Shown here: piece after piece, positions 1-11,230 of the stretch
How positions within the stretch are numbered: position 1 is the stretch's first letter
How the letters are laid out: every line of letters begins with the position of its first letter
Assembly: GCA_024626585.2 (NCBI GenBank)
Contig: JANKJI020000002.1
Coordinates: 101,858,697 to 101,874,972, forward strand
Direction: 5' to 3'
From: Ginkgo biloba
Taxonomy: Eukaryota; Plantae; Ginkgophyta
DNA: 16,276 nt
Notes under the pieces: model-generated
Seen by the model: only the letters and a program-made list of their open reading frames with translations
Databases searched by the model: none
What the model was told of the DNA's origin: nothing
Made by a program: the position numbers and the translations under genes

Positions 1-1018
1 TTGTTCTTCTCCCTCTAGTTTTGACTCATCATCACCTTCGGTTCTAGGTCTTTGCAGTTCATTTTTCAGTTCTTCAACTAGTCTCACTAGAGCTTCAACT
101 ACCTAATTTCTATTCTACCTCCTTTGGCTACTCTTAGTGCCATCTTCGAACTTTGGCCACAATCACTTCTTCAAGCTTGGATACACTCCCCAGATAAGAT
201 TTTAACTTGTTCTAATATTAGAGTCACCACTTATGCCAATGTCTTGGCTCTGCGACACTTCTCAATGATCTTTAACTCTCTCTAGTATCAAATGATGTAG
301 AGTCACCTCTTTTCCACAAGATTCAACTAGCTCTAATCCCATATGGCATTGCTTCTACTAATGCCTTGACTCTATAACACTTTCTCCAATGAGTTCTCCT
401 TAGGCCTGATATCAAATGCGGTAACTGCTAAAAGTCCTTAGCTTGGAAAAGCTTCTTCGGTGAGATTTAACCTTACTCTGATACTTGATGGTGCATCCAT
501 CCAACACCTAGATTCTCTAGTTACCATATGATGTAACCTAGGTTTTAGGCACTCAGATATCCTCCCCTTATGTTACTCACTTACACATATAAATCAATAT
601 AGATATGTGGAAGTTCAAAAATAAAAGGTATGTAGTGATCTAGTACATAATTTTATCATAGAATCACACATTCAAGGAAGTGTATGTTGATATAGTGAAG
701 GGTCATGGAGCATGTGAGTGTACACATTATGTCTATAAAAATATGATAAATATCTAAATCTATGTGTGATAGTACAAGTTTGATTTCTCTCTGAATTTCT
801 TTGTTCATGCATCGATATGAATCCAATGACTATTATTATTGAAGAGGCCACAATCATTAAATAACTTTGGAAACTATCTTCTTTACAATATTTGATTTGT
901 AGCCACTTCTTTCCTACAATAATCTCAACTATCATATGAAGATGGAAATAAAAAAAATAACAAAAATTTGATACCTTCATAAATTTGTTTATTGTATAAG
1001 TTTGACTAAGATTTTATC
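1..1018 (-). mobile_element. Degenerate LTR retrotransposon remnant (putative 5' LTR from 486 upward, PBS, gag-like leader)
   Basis: Minus strand reads CATCA-AGTATCAGAGT at 490-475, i.e. an LTR-type ...CA end followed by a degenerate tRNA-iMet PBS (TGGTATCAGAGC). Downstream on - the sequence reads VEALVRLVEELKNELQRPRTEGDDESKLEGEEQ (about 100 down to 1), resembling a gag N-terminal coiled-coil/acidic stretch. The other LTR boundary is not visible and may lie in the gap. Confidence 0.45.
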
Positions 1019-1730
1019 NNNNNNNNNNNNNNNNNNNNNNNNNNNNNNNNNNNNNNNNNNNNNNNNNNNNNNNNNNNNNNNNNNNNNNNNNNNNNNNNNN
1101 NNNNNNNNNNNNNNNNNNNNNNNNNNNNNNNNNNNNNNNNNNNNNNNNNNNNNNNNNNNNNNNNNNNNNNNNNNNNNNNNNNNNNNNNNNNNNNNNNNNN
1201 NNNNNNNNNNNNNNNNNNNNNNNNNNNNNNNNNNNNNNNNNNNNNNNNNNNNNNNNNNNNNNNNNNNNNNNNNNNNNNNNNNNNNNNNNNNNNNNNNNNN
1301 NNNNNNNNNNNNNNNNNNNNNNNNNNNNNNNNNNNNNNNNNNNNNNNNNNNNNNNNNNNNNNNNNNNNNNNNNNNNNNNNNNNNNNNNNNNNNNNNNNNN
1401 NNNNNNNNNNNNNNNNNNNNNNNNNNNNNNNNNNNNNNNNNNNNNNNNNNNNNNNNNNNNNNNNNNNNNNNNNNNNNNNNNNNNNNNNNNNNNNNNNNNN
1501 NNNNNNNNNNNNNNNNNNNNNNNNNNNNNNNNNNNNNNNNNNNNNNNNNNNNNNNNNNNNNNNNNNNNNNNNNNNNNNNNNNNNNNNNNNNNNNNNNNNN
1601 NNNNNNNNNNNNNNNNNNNNNNNNNNNNNNNNNNNNNNNNNNNNNNNNNNNNNNNNNNNNNNNNNNNNNNNNNNNNNNNNNNNNNNNNNNNNNNNNNNNN
1701 NNNNNNNNNNNNNNNNNNNNNNNNNNNNNN
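1019..1730. other. Assembly gap (712 N)
   Basis: Run of N. Confidence 1.
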
Positions 1731-4034
1731 GATGACTCCAATTACTACACAAGACCGTTGATGATCTGAGGTGTATTTGTGCTCTGATATCTCATATGTC
1801 ATCCAATTAGTATCCTTATGCCTTATGCCATTGATTGACATTTCATACCTTATAAACTCTAAGAGGCTCAAAGCCTCTCATACAACAAATTTCATAACCC
1901 CTTCAAGTTCATAACTATAAGCCTCATTTTGGGGTTTTCTTCCAAAATCCTCGATCTCCGAAAACTCAATATTCTTTCGTTTAGTTCTTTGGGGTTGCAT
2001 CCTCCTTAATGCATATTAATAATTTCATTAGGTCTAAGGGGTGTGATTAACTCACATGCCCCTCCTTTCCTTCTGAAGCTCTCAAATCCCCGATCTCCAA
2101 TGATCTTTTATTCTATGACTGGATGCAATGCCTCCATCAACTTCTCCTTAATCTTGGTTTGAATCTGCGATGCTAGGGGTTTTCAAAGGGTGATCTCCAC
2201 TCAAGATCCCTAGTCTCCCAAACTCCTAAAAACTCAAAAATATAAAGTCCATAACATTCCCTAGGTTTAAGCGTCCCATGCCTTTTATTAAATCCATTCT
2301 ATAGATTTAGCAAGTCCGCTAAGAGTAAATTGGGTGCAATCCCCTAAATCTTCGCATATCCAAAAACCTAATATCACACGAACTAAAACATCCATAACTC
2401 CTCGTAAGAGGCTTCACATGGGGCCCTGGGCAACCCCTCTCTTAACTGCTTTGGATTTAGACTTTGGGGCTACGAACTCCAAGCCACCTTCTAGGAAGAT
2501 AACTACTGCACCAAATCTCAAACCTCTGATCTCTGAAATTTAAAGTCAAAAGAATTTGACCCTAGCTAAGTTCTGCACAGATAGATATCAACCCTACTTT
2601 ATCTATCTTTTAGGTCTATGGGGTAACAAAATGTCGATCGAAAATGTTATCGACAAAAACTTGAGACTCTAGATCCCTGAAAGCTTGAAACTTACACCTC
2701 TACCAAAAGATCTTAACAAAATTTTGCACTTCCATAAGTGTCGTAGGGATGCTCCTGCATCATTGTGAGTACTTAGATCTCAAATCTACTCATTTTCAAA
2801 ATGTTACTACACCTAAGAGTATTAACCTCTTGAATAAAGTTGGATTTTATCTATTTATGTATTGAAAGCCTTGGTTCAATGAAATGTACCTAATTTAAAA
2901 GTTCTTCCTATAGAGCTATTGTTCTCTTATGATCCCTACAAGTCTAAAAATTTAAATGATAGATTATAGAAGGGTTTAGATATCTCATAACATCTAAGAG
3001 AAGTCTTCACTACTTTTATTCACTCCCATAATAATTACAATCTTTTACATCAGGTCATAATCCCCTAGGTTGGTCCATCGACTTGAATGGGGATGTAAGG
3101 CTATTGAGACTTAGAGAGGCCTTAAAGAGGACATAAAGATTTGGAAATACCTTGAAGTTATCCTAAACCCCACTTTAGATATGTCCATCTATATACATGG
3201 TCTTTAAAAATAAATGCCCTTTTTGTTAACCTAATGTAGATGAAAAAGAGGATTATAAATATTATCTAACTTTGAAATGGTTGCAAAGTAATCATCTAAC
3301 ATTGAAGCTCATGGTGCCTCTTAGAAAACATAGTTAAAGGTTAGATATTTGATCAAATTACATTTATAATCCATGATTTACATCTAAATCACGCACTACA
3401 CAATGGTTTACCTTTGCAGGAACTTCTGTTCCTCAACCAATAAACATGTAGTTGGAACACTAATATGATGGTCAAGATATCCCCAATAATAACCCTTAAT
3501 ATTTTACCATAATTTTTTTACTTTTTTTTTAAGATAAATTAAAATGAAATAATATATGCAAAGCATTGAATGTTGCACAATGTTAAAGTGGTAGCCCTGC
3601 TAAATGCTTGCAGAGCACTTACAACAAAGCTATGTATTCTATATGTTGATCAATATGCATCTGATATATAGCATTTATAATCACTTAGTGAATGGAAGAA
3701 AGATTTGAAAACTTGACTACTGGTTTTATTAGATCATTATAAGAAAAATCTATTTTGAATAGTTATGTGTATGCTCCAACAAATTCTTTATACACAATTG
3801 AATGTATATAGGAAATTAATACCTTCTTCATGAAACCATCATAGAGGTAGGCATCTCCTACATAAAATGCATAAACAAGTGAGCACTTATAATAATACAT
3901 AGTTTGTAATAACTAGCTTCTTGACCCTCTATCTATAAACTTGTCAATGATGCCATTCGAATTATTTTAGTTCTAATAGTAACGATCTTGTTATTAATGT
4001 TTGATCATTATTCCAAACAGAATATTTCATGTCG

Positions 4035-4605
4035 AGATTGTTTCATTTAGAATATAGTATCCCATTTAGCTATTCCAAATGGGATAGTCCTTGGATAGTC
4101 TCATTTAGCTATGTCCAATTTAGACTGTTTTGGTGTTCCAAATAGGTCAGTCCCCAAATTATCCTATTTGGAATAGCTAAAGAACCCAAATAGGGACTGT
4201 CCCACTTAAAATAGCCAAATGGTCCAAAGGGGACAAAACCAAATCGAACTATCTTGGGATTCTAAACAAGATAGTCTATTCCAAATATGATAGCCCTTAT
4301 ACCCTATTTAGACCATTTGGCTATTCCAAATGGGAGAGTTCCATTTGGAATAGATGAATGGGATAATCTATTTCAAATTCTAAATGGGGTGTCAGGACTA
4401 TCCTATTTGGAACATATTATCCTTTTTTACTAGTTCTGAATGAGACAATCCTAGGACTATCCTATTTGGAATAGCCAAATGAGATTGTCCCATTTGGAAT
4501 AGCCAAACAAGATAATATATTCCAAATGAGACAGTCTTGGCACCCTATTTGGATCGTTTGGATTTTCTAAATGGGAGAGTCTTGGGATGATTCTATTTGG
4601 AATAC
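4035..4605. repeat. Array of short degenerate direct and inverted repeats (TATTCCAAATGGGAYAGTC / GACTATCCYATTTGGAATA); possible DNA-transposon subterminal region
   Basis: The motif recurs many times in both orientations, e.g. 4071 tattccaaatgggatagtc, 4322 tattccaaatgggagagt, 4341 ccatttggaatag, 4455 gactatcctatttggaatagccaaat, 4488 tcccatttggaatagccaaa. Confidence 0.8.
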
Positions 4606-6287
4606 TGATCGAACAAAAATAATCCCAATGATGGAAAAAATATCTCGCCCATCATGATTCTTGCCTTACTGGCTGATTTTGTTGGAGAGTGAGCTTCGTT
4701 GATTATTTTAGATGATACCTACAAGAACTTTGGCACTAAAGTGTACTTCATAGAAGGATATGTTTTCAGACTGATTCCACGAAGTAGTGAATTTATATTA
4801 GTGGCGAGAAGATTGATAGATCTTGGATCACATTTGGTTTACTGAGTATCTTCAAGTCTCTTTTGTATTGATTTTTGTACTAAGTCATAATGGCGACCTA
4901 TGTCACTGGAATCTCATGTAGTTACCAGTGATTGGGCTCATTTGTAGTCATCAATCACTAGGTAACTAGAATTACAAACTATATAATTATGCGGTTATGT
5001 TGTAATTATTTTGTTAAACTATTTCTAGTTAGTTATAGGTAGTTAATTTGACCTTAGGATGTGATGCATAAACATTTCACACTTGCAATGAAAATAGTTG
5101 GACAGTTATTTCTTATTCAAGACCTTGTAGAGTTGTTGGGAATTTATAGAAGGGACCATGTAGATAATAGCAATTATTGGTTGTACCCATAAGTAGTAAT
5201 TTTACACGTTTCTAATTTTATTTTATTGATTCTATTTAGTAGGTAGAGGCCTGGGGAAGGAGACATATAACTGTGGCAAGAAAATATATTGATATCAGTC
5301 ACCTTCACTCTAGTTTCTATCCATTTGTGATGCTTTAAGATTAATTGATATTTTATCATTCATTGAGGTAATTATGCTAATTGTACAGTATTGAGTTATC
5401 TTCTTGAAGTTTATTTCTTTCAATAGGAGATAGATTTATCCCTATCATGATCTTCCAGATAGCTTGGTGGAGAAGGTTTCATATCTCTCTCATCATCTAA
5501 AGTTAATAATACCCCAAATTAATAATTAATGCATGATTTCTATAAAAATAAATTATCATTTTGATGGTATTATCGTGGATGACAAGAATACTAGAAGATT
5601 ATTAGAAGACATCATGTGCACAATAGGCTGTAGTGAAAAGAAGAGAAAGATTGAAAGATCTGCACCATAAGGGAAGGAAGGGTTGATCAAAGATTGTGTT
5701 TGAATAATACAAGCCTTAGAAGATTTAAAGTGCATGAACAAGAAGAAAAAATGTCATAAAAAGTTAAATCTTAGATCGAGAAAGAATTAGTAATCAAGAA
5801 ATTATTGATGTAAAGAGATAAAATCATGGGTGGATTTTAGGGAGCTATGATAATGCTCTCATAATTACTTGACAAAAATGTTCTTTCTTGGTAGAAAAGG
5901 AGAATGAAAAATCATCTACAAGACCAACTCAAGAGGTTTGTTCCTTTTCAAAATTAGAAAAAGTATGGGAAACTTCTAAAGAATTATCATAATGATGGAC
6001 ATTCAGGAGTTTCATCAGGACCATTAAATATTTTATAGAAAATTGTAAGAAGCCCTGAGGAATCCCAAAGCACTTAAAGGAATTTCATATAGAAGAAGGG
6101 ACCTCTAAAATGTTCAAAAGGGATTTGGAGTATGAAAATAAGGAATTCATTGAAGTTAGAGGCTTTAGTAACTACTTTAGTAAAATTTTTACCAATATGA
6201 CACAATTATTTCTTATTTTATAATGAAGACAACATGCTATTCAATTTTTTTTTAATAGTATACTTGGTCTATAAATTTTTAGGTAGG

Positions 6288-6398
6288 TCTGATACCATGA
6301 TGGGAAAATATTGAATGAGGAAGAACTCTTAATTTTTTATTACATTACATGAAGGCATATTTATAATTCAGTGGAGGGCCTAAGAAATTAATTTCACC
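6288..6398 (-). mobile_element. LTR 3' end plus tRNA-iMet primer-binding site of a second LTR retrotransposon remnant
   Basis: Minus strand reads CCCATCA-TGGTATCAGA (plus tctgatacca 6288-6297, tgatggg from 6298): a 10/10 match to the PBS core directly after a CA end. The putative LTR runs into the gap. Confidence 0.5.
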
Positions 6399-6467
6399 NN
6401 NNNNNNNNNNNNNNNNNNNNNNNNNNNNNNNNNNNNNNNNNNNNNNNNNNNNNNNNNNNNNNNNNNN
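6399..6467. other. Assembly gap (69 N)
   Basis: Run of N. Confidence 1.
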
Positions 6468-7208
6468 TTCCATTTTCATCTCGTGGCAGCGAAGCATTGA
6501 ACATATCATCCGTTGAAGAAGAATTCCACTTCATCTTGTGATAGCAAAGCGTTGGTCATCCCCGCCCATTAAAGAATTGGTAATCTTGTTTCTCGTCATT
6601 TTTATATATCTTATTCTTACATTTACTATTACTTGTTATCATATACTTTTGATGGTATTTCTCTAGATATAATATTGTTATCATTGACATTTCTCTATAG
6701 AGGATTATTTATTAGTTGTTGTAAAAAAATTTACACAACACATCGAGACCATCATATCTTTCACGAAAAATAAGTCTTATGGATATCCAAAGCACTTCAA
6801 GGAATTTCAACCAGAAGAAGGACTCTCTAAAAGAGTAAGTTAGCAAAGATGAAAGGTCAAGTCATCATATGAAGTTTGAACCATAAGATGGATGAGTCGA
6901 TAGAATTGAAAGGACAAATCATCATATGCCTTGAATAGTGTGAAAGGCCTTTCAATAAATTTTGAAGGGCTCGAGGCTTTTCAAATTTTAGATTTCTTCA
7001 CCAGGTTACAAGTAGTAGGTGAGTCGAGAGTCTGGCTATAACCTAATCATACCTCTTTTTTTAAATATAGCTACATCTCCCAAATTGTCGATGATTTTTC
7101 ATTGTCTTACTCATGTTTGTGCTCAATTTTCTTCAATTTTTCTACAAATAAAATTCCTTTGTAATTTCTTATATAAAGTCAAAGTTTAGTGTATATACAC
7201 AGAGAGCA

Positions 7209-8110
7209 ATGGAGAGTCATAAGACATAAATAAATTTACTATTGGCTAGGGATTTGAACAATGTCAATGTGTTGAAGAAGACCAAGGCATGATATCAACA
7301 ATGACCCAAGAAATAAACAGAGAACTGCAGTCAACAAGGATAGCCACATAAATCCCACATGGAACCACACCTTGCAATTCACCATTAATAAAGTCGAGCT
7401 ACAAAAAGGCACCCTAATTTTGGAAATTGAAATCCATACAGAGGGCACCTTCGGTGACAAAGAGATAAGCAAAGTGATTGCCCCCTTAAAGGAATTTATT
7501 AAAGACAACAATACTAATAGTGGAAATAAGAAGGTGGAGTTTGTTAGTTATCAAGTGCAAAAGCCCTCTGGGAAACCCAAGGGAATTCTTAATATGTCTA
7601 TTAAATTGGGGGGGAAATTGAAGGTTAAACAAGGTATTATGAGTAGCCTCAAGCAGGGTCATATGGAGGGTTTACAAAAATTAGTAAGAAGGACGAGCCT
7701 ATTACTGCATATCCCACCAATCTGAGTTCTTCTTCTACTTCATACCCATAAGTCATTGTCTATCCTTCTCCTCCTAATGGAAACCAATACTCGATGTGTC
7801 CTTATCCTTATCCACCACAACATGCTTACCACTTACATTAGGATTACCTGCAATCGTACCAAGATTATCCACCCCAAGGTTATCCACCTTAGGGTTATCA
7901 ACAATAATATGTTGTTTACCCTCCTATGGTTCCTCCACATCAACAACACCCACCTAGAAAGAATAAGATGGGATTAAGTTTGGGTGCAGGGTTATTGGGT
8001 GGAGCACTTGGGGGTTTGTTAATTGGGATATGATTATCGATGCTAGTGCGTATGCTCCTGGTTATAATGCGAGATATGACAATTGAGGTGATTTTGGTGG
8101 TGATTTTTAG
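7209..8110 (+). pseudogene. SRC2: SRC2-like C2-domain protein pseudogene (intronless)
   Basis: Read across frames: MESHKT*INLLLARDLNNVNVLKKTKA / INNDPRNKQRTAVNKDSHINPTWNHTLQFT...GDKEISKVIAPLKEF...FVSYQVQKPSGKPKGILNMSIKLG (SRC2-type C2 domain). This is followed by a Pro/Tyr/Gln-rich tract (DEPITAYP...YPPQGYPP*GYQQ*) and the typical tail RKNKMGLSLGAGLLGGALGGLLIG/DMIID...GDFGGDF*. Stops at 7227, 7290 and later, plus frameshifts. TATA-like tatataaa at about 7170. Confidence 0.9.
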
Positions 8111-8139
8111 TAATCTTCATGGAGATTACTAAAATCACC
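8099..8139. repeat. 41-bp near-perfect palindrome over the SRC2 stop codon
   Basis: ggtgatttttagtaatct-tcatgg-agattactaaaatcacc, with one bulge and one T/G pair. Confidence 0.9.
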
Positions 8140-8290
8140 TAGATGTTATTTTTTATGCCCACTTAAGATAACAGGTATTTTTAATAATAATGTGTGTCCA
8201 AAACCCTTTTTCAATTTTATAATGTACATGAGGAATTGATACTCGACTTGGTGATGGTCCCTATAAGAAGCTGTAATAGAAATTCTAAAG

Positions 8291-9043
8291 AGAGTAGAGA
8301 AAGAGGGCCCTGGGTAGTATAATTGGCTAGGCTATAAAGAGTTGCTGGACATGGTGAGAAACCATGGATTGAAGCTTCAAGTTGTCTTGTCTTTTCACTA
8401 GTATGGAGGCAATGTTGGTGACTCTTGCAAGTACGCATATAATAAATCTTTTCTAAAAAGTTTTGGTTTTTGGTAGTTGAGGAAGATTTACAGTTTTGGC
8501 ATTTCAATCTATTTTTTCTTTGAAAAGTTTGTATAGTAGTGTGATACAAGCTATGTTGATCTTTTATGCTAATTTATATGGTTTTTTTCTATGAATTTTT
8601 TGTTCACCACTGTAGCATTCCCCTACCTTATTGGGTACTAGAAGAAATCAAGAAAAACCCAAATATGGTATACAGTAATAAGTCCAAAGGAAAAACCAAG
8701 AATATATTTCTTTAGGTTGTGATACAATAGCTTTACTAAAGGGAAGATCACTAATATAGATTTATGCTGATTATATAAGGAGTTTAGGGATATATTCAGT
8801 GATTTCCTTGGAAATGTGGTAGGTTCCCTTGAGCCTCAAATTGGTTTGGATAATGCAAAACTATGAAACTATTATCAATTATTTATTTATTTGAAATGGT
8901 TTTCTAATTTTTTTCTGAATTGGGCATGCAAAAAATTCAAGTTAGAACGGGGCCATGTGGGGAATTGAGGTAATCCCTCATATGTAGAAAGCAATGGCAC
9001 TTGGTGCTTCCTTAAAATTGGTGAGTTTCAATGCTATGACAAG
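8291..9043 (+). pseudogene. Beta-amylase (GH14, BAM1/BAM3-like) internal fragment: three exons with introns retained
   Basis: Exon about 8291-8430: [43 protein letters not shown]. GT-AG intron 8431-8615. Exon 8616 to about 8818: [52 protein letters not shown]. Exon 8932-9043: KIQVRTGPCGELR/PSYVESNGTWCFLKIGEFQCYDK, then a GT donor. The second acceptor is mutated from AG to AA. Stops and frameshifts are present and both ends of the gene are missing. Confidence 0.93.
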
Positions 9044-9409
9044 GTAGTCCTCTAGGACTCATAATTGCATAAAATAGAATTATTTAATTGTTTATAACCA
9101 TTTTGATGCCTCTAAATAGATTACTTTTAAATGACGAATCTAAAATTTAATATAATTATCGTAACTTTCTCTCTCACACAAGTGCAATGTATCATAATAA
9201 AATTTATGCATTTAAAATATTATATTTAGAAGTCTTTTATTAATTTTAGACTTTATGTAGTGTAAATTTAAATTTGCTTGTTAATTGAAAGGTTATTTTG
9301 TCCTATACTTTTGAAGATGGCAAAGTTTCTTATAATTAAACGCTTTGAATTAAAATGTATAACTACGCTTCAAATTTGATCACTGTGCTTGTCCGATACT
9401 CAAAACCAT

Positions 9410-10044
9410 GAAAATACTACGTTGTCCAAGAATTACTCAATGTGAGCCACGTTTGATTGGACGCATTGTTGTGAACAAAGAATAGGTGGTTTGAATGTGT
9501 GGAATTTTTGTGTAATGACACTGTCAAAATCCGAACAGAATATTTATATTTTGTTTTGTATGAACATTCAGTCATTGGATGGTATACGACTCGGAAACAT
9601 GATATTAAAAATCTTTCTCTAATGGCAAAGTAAGACGAATTAAAAATCTTAATAATAAAGAAATTATATTAATTATAAACAACAATTTGTTATGATAGTT
9701 TTATGCAATCGCAGGTTAAAAACCCATTTTAAAAATCAAAAGATATTTTGAAAAATAAATAATAGTGTTTCATCCTACAACAACATTATCAATTAATTGT
9801 CACTGTATGGACTATTGAAAAAATCTGAAAAAATTACACTAATCTGCCTCCCTCCAATATTCAAAACCAAAAATATACTACGTTATCCAATAATATAACC
9901 AAGAAAATACTACACTATCCGATAATATCTCAATGGGAGCCACCTTTGATTGGACGCAGTGTCGTGAACAAGGAATAGGCAGTTTGAATATGTGTAGAAA
10001 TTTTTGTGTCATCGTACCCTGTCAAATGCTGAACAGAATATTTA
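9410..10044 (+). repeat. Diverged direct repeat of about 140 bp (9410-9546 and 9903-10044)
   Basis: Both copies share gaaaatactac...ctcaatgNgagccacNtttgattggacgca...gtgaacaaNgaatagg...gaacagaatattta. Confidence 0.9.
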
Positions 10045-10610
10045 GCAACGGACTAGTTGTTTCTCGTGGCAAATAATTGCCACAGGTCCCGTCCCTTTCT
10101 TGCTAAACAAAGAAACCAAAGAAACTTCAATTACATTTCAAATTCTTAATTATCAGTTGCACCGTGAGTAAAGGGCAATTTTTTCCAAAGGGACAGTGGC
10201 CAGATGTCTCCCATTTATAACAGGGGCGAGTTTTCCAATTGAGTGGTCTCTGAAACGATCCATTGGTAGTCGTCGGCCCCAAGCTGATAGCCTCGCTCTC
10301 CCTTCTTATTACACATTTAGGCGATGCATCATTAAGGATTCCAATTCTTTGTTTCTATATTAACAATGAGAATAAATTATTTACAGAATTTATCTCAGGA
10401 AATCATTTTTTTTCACTTATTCTTAAGCATAGCGTTGCAATTTACGTTAGGAAAGTAGTTCTTCTGTTATTCCTAATAATTATGTTGGAATTTACCCCAA
10501 GAAACCAATTATTTACAAAATGGACCAATGAACTCAGAAAAAAAGTTAAATTTCTAAAAATCTGAACACTTCCAGGCCACTTAAGCTAATATAATTCCAA
10601 ATATACTCAC

Positions 10611-10790
10611 AGGCAGGTGACCGATGATAGTCAAGTCGTTCTTAGGTGGAGTTTCTTGTACAACAGGGGCGAAATTTCCAGAGAGATACTTTTTCCAGGG
10701 ATCGAACAACTATGTCAATAAGCCAAGAAAGCACCCCACTGGCCGGCCATTCGTGGTTACATTGCTATGTTCAAGCTCCTGCTTCGCCAT
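10611..10790 (-). pseudogene. CCD1: Carotenoid cleavage dioxygenase 1-like exon 1 (orphan fragment)
   Basis: 60 codons: MAKQELEHSNVTTNGRPVGCFLGLLT*LFDPWKKYLSGNFAPVVQETPPKNDLTIIGHLP, followed directly by a GTGAGT donor (10610-10605). YLSGNFAP..ETPP..DL...GHLP is the conserved CCD1 N-terminal motif. In-frame TAG at 10712-10710. The next expected sequence (ECLNGEFVRVGPNP) was not seen in the window. Confidence 0.88.
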
Positions 10791-10870
10791 GGATTCATTT
10801 GACAAAATATTTATTCCCTTGGAAAAATGCTCTTCTTTTCTTGATTGGCTGCAGCAAGAGCATCTTTAAA

Positions 10871-11056
10871 AACTATTTTAACTCCCAGTTCCAAATCACC
10901 CATGAATTTGCAGAACTGTTTTAACTCTCGGTTTCAAATCGCCCATGAGTTCACAGATAGACGACTATACCAAGGGCACTGCAACATTTCGATTCAATAT
11001 CCATGTGTTAATGCTATTCCATATGGTTCAGACGGTTCCAAATCACCGATGAATTT
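10871..11056 (+). repeat. 43-bp tandem repeat (2 copies, 10871-10957) plus a partial third copy (11033-11056)
   Basis: aactattttaactcccagttccaaatcacccatgaatttgcag / aactgttttaactctcggtttcaaatcgcccatgagttcacag / cggttccaaatcaccgatgaattt. Confidence 0.85.
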
Positions 11057-11230
11057 TTAGTTTGCAAGGAAAGGTAACAACATCAAAATCAAATGCATCA
11101 ATTCACAACAGCGCTCAAATCAATTAACAACAACAACATTTATTAAAATGAGGTGACGTTTGGCCAATCATGTGACTCTCGATGCACGAGATATCAAATA
11201 GAAATCAAATGATTTTTTTTTTTTATCGGA

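Larger units (their letters stand above)
6065..6832 (+). repeat. Diverged 46-bp direct repeat pair (6065-6110 and 6787-6832)
   Basis: ccaaagcacttaaaggaatttcatatagaagaagggacctctaaaa versus ccaaagcacttcaaggaatttcaaccagaagaaggactctctaaaa. Confidence 0.75.

Noticed and set aside
989-1871. Four long ORFs in the ORF track
   Set aside because: They consist of X residues spanning the N gap and are artefacts.
1731-4030. Possible decayed transposon coding sequence, including ORF 2334-2543
   Set aside because: Stop-ridden, with no RT, integrase or transposase motif I can recognise. It is probably repeat-derived but cannot be supported without a search.
4627-6280. Small ORFs (5174-5359, 5556-5741), the atgatgg...ccatcat inverted repeat at about 4627-4655 and a possible LTR
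   Set aside because: No protein motifs, and no paired LTR or target-site duplication found. A 7-bp inverted repeat can arise by chance.
7239-8549. ORFs 7239-7511(-), 7756-7977(+) and 8217-8549(-) as separate genes
   Set aside because: They are antisense or off-frame shadows of the SRC2 and beta-amylase pseudogenes.
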